From Gemmatimonadales bacterium (lineage in GTDB: Bacteria; Gemmatimonadota; Gemmatimonadetes; Gemmatimonadales; GWC2-71-9): a stretch of DNA of 64,000 bases. Position 1 is the stretch's first letter, and every line of letters starts with the position of its first letter. The translations under genes were made by a program, and so were the position numbers. The stretch covers positions 7,325 through 71,324 of the forward strand of contig JBFJCP010000020.1 in the NCBI GenBank assembly GCA_041615815.1, given 5' to 3'. The notes under the pieces were generated by a model. It ran no database searches and had not been told where the DNA came from. It worked only from the letters and a program-made list of their open reading frames with translations. Positions 55,927 to 64,000 of the stretch are shown in pieces.

Positions 55927-56973
55927 GTGCGGGATTTCCGCAACCTGGGCTCGCTCGACGTGGAGATCCCTCCAGAAGGAGTCGTCATCATCGGCGACAA
56001 TGGCCATGGCAAGACCAACTTCTTGGAAGCGATCTACTATTTGGTTCTCTTCAAGTCCTTTCGGGGAGCACGGGACCGCGAGCTGGTGCGTTTCGAGCAC
56101 GCTGGGTTTTTCGTGGCCGGGAACGCCGACGTGCGCATCACGGCCGGATACGAGGTCGCGGGACGCCGCAAGAAAGTCACGGTCGACGGACAGGAGATTC
56201 GCCGGCTGGCCGACGCGGTGGGCCGGCTCCCCACCGTCGTCTTCTCGCCGGCCGACCGGGAGATTATCGCCGCCGGTCCCGCCACCCGCCGGCGATACAT
56301 GGATGTGCTGCTGGCGTTGAGCGCCCCACGGTACCTCACGCAGTTGGCGAAGATGCGGAGCGCGCTGAAGCAGCGGAACGCAGCCCTTCGGCGCGGCCGC
56401 TTGCAGGAGGCACAGGCCTTCGACGCTCCCTTCGCCGACACGGGCGCCGCCGTGGCTGAGGCGCGGCACCGCTGGGTCGCCACATGGAGGCCACGGTATG
56501 GTGAGCTGTCCAGGGCCCTGGGCGAGCGCGGCACGGCCCACATGAGTTACCACGCGCGCCATCACGTGGAACCCACCGTGGAGGGGCTCCTGCGCGCGCT
56601 TGGCGAAACCCGCGATCGCGATTACCGGCGCGGGATGACTACGGTTGGCCCACACCGTGACGACCTCGTCCTCACCCTCGACAGCGTGGACGTGCGCCGG
56701 TTCGGCTCGGCGGGACAGCAGCGAACAGCTGCCATTGCACTCCGCCTCCTCGAAGCGGAAAGCCTCACCGTCGCCAACGGAGCCATACCGCTCGCCCTGT
56801 ACGATGACGTGTTTGCCGAGCTGGACGCGGATCGGCAGGGGCGATTGTTGGGACTCGTCCGCGAAATGCTCCCCGGGCAAGCGGTGCTCACGGCACCGCG
56901 GGAAGTAGAGATCCCGCCGGCGCTCCTCCAGCTCACGCGCTGGGGCATGACGGGAGGCCGGCTTGTCAGATAA
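55927..56973 (+). CDS. recF: DNA replication and repair protein RecF
   Basis: RDFRNL, GDNGHGKTNFLEAIYYL (Walker A), GPHRDDL, SAGQQRTAAIALRL, LYDDVFAELD. The first canonical start is GTG 55927, but the conserved N-terminal strand continues upstream. Confidence 0.9.
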   Translation: MRDFRNLGSLDVEIPPEGVVIIGDNGHGKTNFLEAIYYLVLFKSFRGARDRELVRFEHAGFFVAGNADVRITAGYEVAGRRKKVTVDGQEIRRLADAVGRLPTVVFSPADREIIAAGPATRRRYMDVLLALSAPRYLTQLAKMRSALKQRNAALRRGRLQEAQAFDAPFADTGAAVAEARHRWVATWRPRYGELSRALGERGTAHMSYHARHHVEPTVEGLLRALGETRDRDYRRGMTTVGPHRDDLVLTLDSVDVRRFGSAGQQRTAAIALRLLEAESLTVANGAIPLALYDDVFAELDADRQGRLLGLVREMLPGQAVLTAPREVEIPPALLQLTRWGMTGGRLVR

Positions 56974-57268
56974 GAGCAAACGTGGTGAGGTGAAGCGTCT
57001 CGACGAGGCGTTGGCAGGCTACGTCGAGCGTTCGGGCATCAAACGGCGTCTGGATCAGGCGCGGGTGATCGAGGAGTGGTCATCGCTCGTGGGCCCTCAA
57101 ATCGCCGAAGTGACGCGACCCTCGGGAATGACGCCGGATGGGACACTGTTCGTTGCGGTCCGCACCGCCGCTTGGGCGCAGGAACTCCAACTCATGTCTT
57201 CCACGATCTTGGCAGAGCTCAGGAAGAAGGGAAGGAACGTCCGGCGTATCGTGTGGCGAGCCGAGTGA
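56963..57268 (+). CDS. DUF721 (DciA-like) protein
   Basis: 101 aa directly after recF (11-nt overlap). W..LVGP.IA..T.P.....G.L.V.V....WA.EL pattern. Confidence 0.85.
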   Translation: MSDKSKRGEVKRLDEALAGYVERSGIKRRLDQARVIEEWSSLVGPQIAEVTRPSGMTPDGTLFVAVRTAAWAQELQLMSSTILAELRKKGRNVRRIVWRAE

Positions 57269-57283
57269 GGCTCCGTTACTCCA

Positions 57284-57700
57284 TCAGTCTTCGTCGCTCT
57301 CAATCCCCGCCGCTTCACGAAACTCGCGAACCATCCCCACGAGTTGCGTTTCGATGCGCTCCATCTCGACCTGGGCCGAGTCGCGACTTCGAAACCCCCG
57401 ATGGGCATCCACCGCAACACGATTGAGGCGCCGTACCTCTTCGATGAACCGCTCGAGCGTTCCTCGCAGCCGGAGGTAGCGGCGTTTGTGATACCGTTTG
57501 TTGGGAACCCACTCATCGGCCACCTGACTCGTCACCTCCACTTTCGCCAAACGGACGGTGACCGCCATGATGACGGCGAGGAGCAGGGCGCCCGCGACCA
57601 CCCGAGATACGGAATCGGTCACTCCATACACGACGGCTGCCTGCGCCGCGATGGCTCCAATGAGCACTATCGTCTCGACAATCTGACGGGGAGCTGCCAT
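57284..57700 (-). CDS. 2-TM membrane protein with C-terminal helical domain (tandem paralogue 2)
   Basis: 138 aa. Shares RR(Y/F)(L/I)RLR..(L/V)E.F(I/L)E.VR.L.R.AVDA.RG.R.R.SA..EM..IE..L...VR..R.AAG.E with the upstream ORF. Confidence 0.65.
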   Translation of the reverse strand: MAAPRQIVETIVLIGAIAAQAAVVYGVTDSVSRVVAGALLLAVIMAVTVRLAKVEVTSQVADEWVPNKRYHKRRYLRLRGTLERFIEEVRRLNRVAVDAHRGFRSRDSAQVEMERIETQLVGMVREFREAAGIESDED

Positions 57701-58164
57701 CAGGGTCTCCGCGCTGGGGTCTGCCTCGGTTTGGAGTCGCGGGCCGTGGGCCCGCTCGTCCGGTACTCCTCCACGCCGGCTGCGCTACGAATATCTCTCA
57801 CGAGGGTAAGAAGACGCTGTTCGATCTCATCCATCTCCTCGTCGGCGGACGCGCGGTCGCGGACACCGCGGTCGGCGTCTACGGCCAGACGGTGGAGGTG
57901 TCGGACCTGCTCGAGAAACTGTTCCACGTACGAACGGAGGCGAATGAAGCGTCGCGTATGGAAGCGGCTCCCGGGCGCCACCTCGTCCTCCAGGCCAAAC
58001 CCCCGACGTGCCAGGGAGAGCGTCAGCACCACCGCGACCACCGCGATGGCCATGCCCAACACGAACCGGGGCAGCGGCCCCGTCACCGCATACAGCACCA
58101 CCGCCTCCGCCACGAGGGCGGTGGCAAGCAGCGCGACCAGGGTGAGGCGACGGAGACTGCCCAT
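57700..58164 (-). CDS. 2-TM membrane protein with C-terminal helical domain (tandem paralogue 1)
   Basis: 154 aa. Two hydrophobic helices, then the conserved helical block. 1-nt overlap with the downstream paralogue. Confidence 0.65.
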   Translation of the reverse strand: MGSLRRLTLVALLATALVAEAVVLYAVTGPLPRFVLGMAIAVVAVVLTLSLARRGFGLEDEVAPGSRFHTRRFIRLRSYVEQFLEQVRHLHRLAVDADRGVRDRASADEEMDEIEQRLLTLVRDIRSAAGVEEYRTSGPTARDSKPRQTPARRP

Positions 58165-58469
58165 GGTGTATCCACGACGAGTTGGAGGAAAAACATCGTC
58201 CGGGAGGACCGTGCCCCCTGGGGCTGCCGTCCCGGGGCCAAAACCGACCTAACCTAGGGACCTATGGCCGGTTGCGCCAGCGACATCCATCACATCTTCG
58301 CTCACGGCCCGCCCTGGCAGGCCGCTTTCCGCCATCCTATTCTTACCGTTCGATCGAGCCACCTCCCCCCACCATCATGGCGGGTCCGGAGGCAGCCCGT
58401 GGCGGAGCATCCGCCCCCCGCCCTCCGCCCACCACCACCACTCGGAGACCATGCCAGGGAATTCACCTC

Positions 58470-59633
58470 ATGACCGACCGCGACATGACTCGCCGGGAGT
58501 TCACACGCCTCGCCGCCGCTGTTCCTCTCGGTGGAAGTGCGCTGATTCGCCAGTCCCTCTGGCCTCGCCCGCGAACCGCCCCAGCTACACTCCGCTGGGA
58601 CGGCTATGAGGAGGCCATCGTCGTCGACGCCCTCGCGAGTCCCGGACCCTTCAACGTCCCGGAGCGAGAGGGTCAGCCCCTGTCAGCAACCATGGTCGCC
58701 AACGCGCGTACGTCGGGGATTACGGCGGTCAATCTGACGCTCGACAGCATCGGTGGCGGGCACGAGAGCTTCGACAATGCGACGAAGAGCATCGCCTATT
58801 GGGAGCGGGAGCTGGCCGAGCATGGCGAGGTGTTCCTGCAGGTCCGCACGGCCGGGGACATCCGCGCGGCCAAAGACACCGGCCGTCTTGGGATCATCTA
58901 CGGATTCCAAGACTCGTCGATGCTCGAGGGTGACTTGAGCCGACTGGACGTCTTCCACCGGTTTGGCTGCCGCATCATTCAGCTCACCTATAATGGTCGG
59001 AATCTCGCCGGGGACGGCTGCCTCGAGCCCGCCAACGCGGGGCTCAGCCGGTTCGGGCACGGGCTAGTGGAACGCATGAACGACATGGGGATCCTCGTCG
59101 ATCTCAGCCACTGCGGTCAGCGAACCACGGCGGATGCTATTGCCCAATCCCGTGCGCCCGTGGCGGTGACTCACAGCGGCTGCAGTGCTGTTTTCGAGCA
59201 TCCCCGGAACAAGCGCGACGCGCAACTGCGCGCCCTGGCAGAAAAGGGCGGAGTGATCGGGATCTACCTGATGCCGTTCCTCAACCCGGCTGGTCCACCC
59301 ACCGCTCAGGACGTGGTCCGCCATGTCGAGCACGCCGTGAACGTGTGCGGCGAAGATCACGTGGGGATCGGAAGCGATCAATCCGTCAGCCCGATCGACG
59401 CCACACCGGCGTACCGCGACGCCATTCGCCGCTTCGCCGCCGAACGCCAACGGCTTGGCATCGGAGCGCCACGGGAGGACGAGCTCCTTTTCGTGCAGGA
59501 CCTGAATTCGCCCCGTCGGCTGGAGATGATCGCCGATCGTCTCTTGGTGCGCGGGCATTCGGTGACGCGAGTGGAGAAGATCATCGGCGCCAACTTCGTT
59601 CGCCTGTTCGCGGACGTGTGGCGAGGCGTCTAG
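58470..59633 (+). CDS. membrane dipeptidase (peptidase M19 family), Tat-signal-like N-terminus
   Basis: MTRREFTRLAAAVPLGG, HRFGCRIIQLTYNGRNLAGDG, LVDLSHCG, PVAVTHSG. The start could lie upstream (ATG near 58377). Confidence 0.9.
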   Translation: MTDRDMTRREFTRLAAAVPLGGSALIRQSLWPRPRTAPATLRWDGYEEAIVVDALASPGPFNVPEREGQPLSATMVANARTSGITAVNLTLDSIGGGHESFDNATKSIAYWERELAEHGEVFLQVRTAGDIRAAKDTGRLGIIYGFQDSSMLEGDLSRLDVFHRFGCRIIQLTYNGRNLAGDGCLEPANAGLSRFGHGLVERMNDMGILVDLSHCGQRTTADAIAQSRAPVAVTHSGCSAVFEHPRNKRDAQLRALAEKGGVIGIYLMPFLNPAGPPTAQDVVRHVEHAVNVCGEDHVGIGSDQSVSPIDATPAYRDAIRRFAAERQRLGIGAPREDELLFVQDLNSPRRLEMIADRLLVRGHSVTRVEKIIGANFVRLFADVWRGV

Positions 59634-60805
59634 TGGGAACACCATACGACGTCGTCGTCATCGGCGCCGGGATCATGGGGTGCAGCACGGCCTTTCACTT
59701 GGCGCAGCGCGGCGTACGGGTTGGCGTCGTGGACAAGGGCGGCATCGGCGGAGTGTCCACCGGACAATCGTCGGCGATCGTTCGTCAGCACTACTCCAAC
59801 GAGCTCACCGCTCGCATGGCGCTGCACAGCCTCGGGGTCTTCCAGCATTTCGACGATCGGGTTGGCGGCGAATGCGGCTTCCGGCAAACGGGTTTCGTCG
59901 TGATGGTACCAGCCACGGACCGACCGGGGTTGGAGGCCAACCTCGCACTGCAGCGTCGTGTCGGCATCGAGACGGAGCTCGTGGAAGGCGCAGCCCTTGG
60001 GGACCTGCTCCCGGGCGTGAATACGACCGACCTCGTGGCCGCGGCTTTCGAGCCCGCCAGCGGATACGCCGACCCCCACCTCACAACCACCGCCTATGCG
60101 GAAGCCGCCAGGCGCCACGGCGCGGAGTTCCTCTTGGATCATGAGGTCACGGGGCTCCGCTTTGCGGGCCAGCGCGTCACCCACGTCCGAACGCGGCCCG
60201 ACGAGATCGCCACCGGGGCCGTCGTGAATTGCGCCGGTCCCTGGGGGGCACGTGTGGCCGCCATGGCCGGGATCGAGGTTCCCATCACCGCCTGCCGAGT
60301 CCAGGTCGCGGTCTTTCGTCGGCCACCGGAGTTCGCCGATCACCCTGTGGTGCTCGATTTCGGGCACGCCACCTACATCCGGCCCGAGCTGGGAGGGCTC
60401 ACCCTCGGTGGACTCATCGACCCCGCGGAGGCGGATAACATCGTCGATCCGGACCACTATCCGGAGCATCTGGACGACGAGTTCGTGATCGATCTCGCCG
60501 CGAGACTGCTTCGTCGGTTCCCGACGATGGAACGCTGCGAGGTCACTGGTGGTTTTGCCGGGCTCTACGCCGTGACCCCCGACTGGCACCCTATCATCGA
60601 TCAAGCCCCGCCCGACAGTGGCTGCTACATCTGCTCAGGCTTCAGCGGTCATGGATTCAAGCTGGGGCCCGCGGTCGGGCTCATGACGGCGGACCTCGTC
60701 ACGGCCGTAGCCACGCCCCAATTCGCCCCGGATCTGTTTCGCTTCGATCGGTACACCCGTCACGCCCCCATTCGCGGCACCTACGAGTACTCCATAGCCG
60801 GATAG
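59633..60805 (+). CDS. FAD-dependent oxidoreductase (DAO/sarcosine-oxidase-beta-like)
   Basis: GTG 59633 overlaps the upstream stop by 1 nt. YDVVVIGAGIMGCSTAFHLA dinucleotide fold, and C-terminal GFSGHGFKLGPAVG. Confidence 0.9.
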   Translation: MGTPYDVVVIGAGIMGCSTAFHLAQRGVRVGVVDKGGIGGVSTGQSSAIVRQHYSNELTARMALHSLGVFQHFDDRVGGECGFRQTGFVVMVPATDRPGLEANLALQRRVGIETELVEGAALGDLLPGVNTTDLVAAAFEPASGYADPHLTTTAYAEAARRHGAEFLLDHEVTGLRFAGQRVTHVRTRPDEIATGAVVNCAGPWGARVAAMAGIEVPITACRVQVAVFRRPPEFADHPVVLDFGHATYIRPELGGLTLGGLIDPAEADNIVDPDHYPEHLDDEFVIDLAARLLRRFPTMERCEVTGGFAGLYAVTPDWHPIIDQAPPDSGCYICSGFSGHGFKLGPAVGLMTADLVTAVATPQFAPDLFRFDRYTRHAPIRGTYEYSIAG

Positions 60806-60889
60806 TGGCGGCCTTTCGGTTCCTCGTTCCGCCGTTGGTCTTTCCTCCCAATTCCCTGGAATGGCCGGCTCACGGTTCCGTTCGACGTC

Positions 60890-61240
60890 GTGGTTACGCA
60901 GATCACACGAGGCGCTCCGAACGTCGTCGCCATCTACTGCCTCCTGTTGATACTGGTCGGAGCGACCGCCTCGGTCGCCGGCGCCCGTCAGGACCGCGAA
61001 TCCGAGTGGCGCCGGCGGTACCGCACGAGCCCGGTGTTGCTGATGCTGCGCGTATTGGGGCTTCCCTTGGCGGTCCTCTTTGCCTTGCGTACCGGACCCC
61101 GCGTCCTGCAACAGGAAAGCGTGGCAAGTCTCATCTGGCAGACGCTCACGTTTTCGGTGGGCGTGATCATCCCGATGGCACCGTTGCTGGCGGCGCTGAC
61201 GGCTGGGCTGACGGCTCTGGGGGTGTTCGACGGCTTATGA
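60890..61240 (+). CDS. hypothetical membrane protein
   Basis: 116 aa with 3-4 hydrophobic segments and no recognisable motifs. Competing overlapping ORFs are Arg-rich and look spurious. Confidence 0.4.
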   Translation: MVTQITRGAPNVVAIYCLLLILVGATASVAGARQDRESEWRRRYRTSPVLLMLRVLGLPLAVLFALRTGPRVLQQESVASLIWQTLTFSVGVIIPMAPLLAALTAGLTALGVFDGL

Positions 61241-61248
61241 GAGGGCGA

Positions 61249-61494
61249 TCAGTCGTCCGACGTCTCCCGAATGATGACGCTCCGGTTGCACTCGGGGCAG
61301 CGGACCTGCCAAATCACTTTGTCGCGCTGCGTGATCGGCGTACCGAACATGAGACGAGAGTCACAGCGCGGACACATGACCCTGGAACGACGCTCGGCCA
61401 CCGCGCGCTTGATAGCCCGGGCCTCCTCACGAGAATAGGTGGCCGGGGTGTCGAACCAGCGATCGGTGCGTTTGGGGTCCGGCGAATCGGCCAT
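61249..61494 (-). CDS. small zinc-ribbon protein
   Basis: 81 aa. CPRC...CPEC. Confidence 0.55.
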   Translation of the reverse strand: MADSPDPKRTDRWFDTPATYSREEARAIKRAVAERRSRVMCPRCDSRLMFGTPITQRDKVIWQVRCPECNRSVIIRETSDD

Positions 61495-61689
61495 GTAGGG
61501 TCAAATGGGTTTGAGGCTTACTCAAATCTACAGCAATCGAGCCGTCTCGGAGACCGCCCAGGACAATCTAATGCCTAGCCTCACCGCCCCCCCTGCCGGG
61601 CGTGGAGCCGAGCCCGGGTAGCGCCGCTCGAGGGTCCACCCTACCCTTGAACGGTCACACGCCGGCCCGTAACCCCGCTGGAGGATGTC

Positions 61690-62355
61690 ATGCTCCGTCC
61701 CCTCGCTCACAGCATTGTGGCGTTCTCGTTGGCCTTTACCCTTTGGCCGGCTGGCGTGCAGGCCCAGCACACCGGCGTGGCACTCCATGTGGGGAGTATG
61801 GGGTTCGGGGCTGACCTGATCATTTCCGTGGACAAACACTTGGGTTTCCGAGTGGGAGGCAATGTCTTTCCCTTTGATATCGATATCCAGTCGTCCGACG
61901 TCACCTACTCGCTGAGCGCTCCGTCTCCGCAGTTCCTGGCAGTGATTGACCTTGTCCCCGCAGGGGCCTTCCGGATCAGCGCGGGCGCGCTCTTCGCGCA
62001 GAGCGACTTCGAGGTGGTGGCCCAGCTGACCGAGGCGGTGGAAATCGGTGGAGCGTTCTACGCCCCATCAGACATTGGCAACCTGACCGGCACGTTCGAC
62101 ACGCGAACCGTTTCGCCCTACGTCGGGATCGGAGTGGGGACGGCAGCAAGTGGCGGAGTCGGATTCTTCGCGGATCTTGGCATCGCGTTTCACGGCCGGC
62201 CCCTGGTGACGGTGGTGGTGGACGGACCGATCGCCCTGGTGCCGCAGTTTCAACAAGATCTCGACCAGGAAGTCCAGGCCATCCAAGACGATGTCGACAA
62301 CGTGCGGGTCTACCCGGTCCTGTCGCTGGGCATCGTGATCGGGTTTGGGCGGTAG
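61690..62355 (+). CDS. small outer-membrane beta-barrel-like protein
   Basis: Signal peptide (AFSLAFTLWPAGVQAQ), alternating-pattern strands, C-terminal LSLGIVIGFGR. Confidence 0.6.
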   Translation: MLRPLAHSIVAFSLAFTLWPAGVQAQHTGVALHVGSMGFGADLIISVDKHLGFRVGGNVFPFDIDIQSSDVTYSLSAPSPQFLAVIDLVPAGAFRISAGALFAQSDFEVVAQLTEAVEIGGAFYAPSDIGNLTGTFDTRTVSPYVGIGVGTAASGGVGFFADLGIAFHGRPLVTVVVDGPIALVPQFQQDLDQEVQAIQDDVDNVRVYPVLSLGIVIGFGR

Positions 62356-62374
62356 CAGAGATGCTTGGTGCGAG

Positions 62375-63169
62375 GTGCTAGGTGCCAGGCATGCACCGCC
62401 GACGCTCCTTGCGCGATCCGTCGCCGTTGGCGTCTCACTGGTCTGCGCGGTGGCGTGCGCTGGAAACGGTGCGGATACGCTTCGCGGCTCGGTCGTCCAC
62501 GCTGCCGTCGCAGCCAATTTCGCCGCTACCCACGCGGAACTCGCTCGGCGATTCGAGGCGAGAACGGGCCATCGGATCGAGACGAGTCTCGGGGCTACGG
62601 GACAGCTGTACGCGCAGATCGTGAACGGAGCGCCGTACGACCTCTTTCTCGCCGCGGACACGGCACGCCCGCTCCTTCTCGAAGCCGATGGATTCACGGC
62701 CCCTGGCACGCGTTTCACCTACGCCATCGGGCGGCTCGCGCTCTATGCGCCAGGCCGTGACCCCGGGAGCGGGCACGAAGCGATCTTGCGGTCTGGCGAC
62801 ATCGTCCACCTCGCCATCGCCAATCCCGAAACCGCACCCTACGGCGCCGCGGCGAGAGATGTGTTACGGCGATGGGGATTGTGGGACGGCCTGGTCAACC
62901 GCACCGTGCGGGGGGAGGACGTCGGGCAAACCCTGCAGTTCGTCGAGTCCCGAGCGGCCGAGGCCGGGTTCGTCGCCCTCTCGCAGCTCTCGAATCGGAG
63001 TAGCAGGGATTACTGGGTGGTTCCGGAAGACACCTATCATCCCATCCGGCAGGATGCGGTGTTGCTGCTCCGCGGTGCTGAGAACGAAGGGGCCCTGGCC
63101 TTTCTGGCGTTTCTCCAAGGCTCTGCGGGCAAGACGGTGATCACCGAATTCGGTTACGGAATCCCCTGA
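62375..63169 (+). CDS. modA: molybdate ABC transporter substrate-binding protein
   Basis: Lipoprotein-like signal (VGVSLVCAVACAG), SLGATGQLYAQIVNGAPYDLFLAAD, IANPETAPYGAAARDVL. Start at GTG 62375 or TTG 62345. Confidence 0.9.
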   Translation: MLGARHAPPTLLARSVAVGVSLVCAVACAGNGADTLRGSVVHAAVAANFAATHAELARRFEARTGHRIETSLGATGQLYAQIVNGAPYDLFLAADTARPLLLEADGFTAPGTRFTYAIGRLALYAPGRDPGSGHEAILRSGDIVHLAIANPETAPYGAAARDVLRRWGLWDGLVNRTVRGEDVGQTLQFVESRAAEAGFVALSQLSNRSSRDYWVVPEDTYHPIRQDAVLLLRGAENEGALAFLAFLQGSAGKTVITEFGYGIP

Positions 63170-63171
63170 TC

Positions 63172-63846
63172 GTGTTGTTCGACTGGCGTATCGTCGTAGT
63201 CACGGCCCAGCTCGCGGGCGTCACGACGCTCGTATTGTTGATTGGCGGAACACCGCTGGCGTGGTGGCTCACGCGGACGCAGTCGAGAATGCGTCCGGCG
63301 GTCGAGGCGCTCGTGGCGCTACCCCTCGTGTTGCCTCCGACCGTCCTCGGGTTCTACCTGCTGGTCCTCCTCGGACCCGTTGGCGTCATCGGCAGCGTCT
63401 GGGAAGGCATGGGCGGACCTCGCCTCGTCTTTTCCTTCCCGGGGCTCGTCGTGGGCTCGGTGCTTTACTCGCTGCCGTTCGTGGTGCAGCCCCTCCACAA
63501 TGCGTTTCGGGCCGTCCCGCCTCGTCTGCTCGATGCGGCGGCCACGCTGGGGGCGAGCCCCTTGGACCGATTCCGAACGATTGCGCTTCCACTCGCGAGG
63601 CCGGGGTTTCTGACCGCCGCAACCCTGGGCTTTGCGCACACCGTGGGGGAGTTCGGTGTGGTGCTCCTCATCGGCGGCAACATTCCCGGCCGAACCGAAG
63701 TGCTTTCGATCGCACTGTACAACCGGATCGAAGCGTTACACTACCCGCAAGCCCACGTGATCGCCGCGAGCCTCTTGGCGTTCAGCTTCTTCGTGCTGCT
63801 CACGGTGTACGCACTCAACCGACGGTTCGAAACGCCACGACTGTGA
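63172..63846 (+). CDS. modB: molybdate ABC transporter permease
   Basis: ModB-like blocks: LALPLVLPPTVLGFYLL, EAA-loop region DAAATLGASPLDRFRTIALPLARPG. 224 aa. Confidence 0.95.
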   Translation: MLFDWRIVVVTAQLAGVTTLVLLIGGTPLAWWLTRTQSRMRPAVEALVALPLVLPPTVLGFYLLVLLGPVGVIGSVWEGMGGPRLVFSFPGLVVGSVLYSLPFVVQPLHNAFRAVPPRLLDAAATLGASPLDRFRTIALPLARPGFLTAATLGFAHTVGEFGVVLLIGGNIPGRTEVLSIALYNRIEALHYPQAHVIAASLLAFSFFVLLTVYALNRRFETPRL

Positions 63847-64000
63847 CGGGGATCGCCGTCCGCCTTCGCGCGAGCCGAGGGACGTTCATGCTCGACACCC
63901 GGATCGACGCGCCCGGGCGAGGCGTCACGGGACTCTTTGGCGCGTCCGGAAGCGGGAAAACCACGTTGCTCCGAGGCATCGCGGGCCTCGACACGGAGAC
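63843..64000 (+). CDS. modC: molybdate ABC transporter ATP-binding protein (5' part, runs off the window)
   Basis: GTG 63843 (GTGA overlap with modB). Walker A GASGSGKTT. Confidence 0.9.
   Translation, partial: MTGIAVRLRASRGTFMLDTRIDAPGRGVTGLFGASGSGKTTLLRGIAGLDTE

Noticed and set aside
55831-56979. 382-aa minus-strand ORF
   Set aside because: It is antisense to recF, which has a Walker A and signature motifs on the plus strand.
59630-60604. 324-aa minus-strand ORF
   Set aside because: It is antisense to the FAD-dependent oxidoreductase (GxGxxG at its N-terminus).

Overview
GC-rich (roughly two-thirds G+C by eye) chromosomal segment from a diderm bacterium. Lipoprotein and Tat signal peptides and beta-barrel-like proteins support the diderm call; the phylum cannot be assigned without a database search. 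Coding is dense on both strands, with very frequent ATGA/GTGA start-stop overlaps. I recognised no rRNA, tRNA, CRISPR array, transposase or integrase.

Gene content in order:
- uvrA, followed by three tandem small membrane/coiled-coil paralogues.
- A six-gene translationally coupled operon: cutA, TPR, macro-like, transglutaminase-like, ABC ATPase, ABC permease.
- Two tandem paralogous lipoproteins.
- A System I cytochrome c maturation block (ccmE-ccmF-ccmH plus a zinc-ribbon membrane protein) in which CcmE carries the Cys-type CxxxY motif.
- glpK.
- A complete nine-gene V/A-type ATPase operon.
- Divergently from it, a group-1-type membrane-bound [NiFe] hydrogenase operon: small subunit, large subunit, cytochrome b, protease, hypA-like, hypB, hypF, hemerythrin-like, hypC, hypD, hypE.
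- A MenA/UbiA-type prenyltransferase.
- Housekeeping and unknown genes: mtnA, IMPase, SRPBCC, DUF4112, mgtC, a TPR/FG-GAP protein, M23 peptidase, CaCA antiporter, DUF411.
- A four-gene multihaem cytochrome/beta-barrel cluster.
- ogt, recF, DUF721, two tandem 2-TM paralogues, M19 dipeptidase, an FAD oxidoreductase and modABC.

The most interesting locus is 48446-55034. It holds three multihaem cytochromes (42 CXXCH plus 3 CX4CH sites) and a beta-barrel-like protein, arranged like a porin-cytochrome trans-envelope electron conduit. One of the cytochromes is a NapC/NirT-type quinol-dehydrogenase module fused to a long haem wire.

All functional calls rest on motifs I could read in the translations. 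Start codons are often uncertain. No searches were run.
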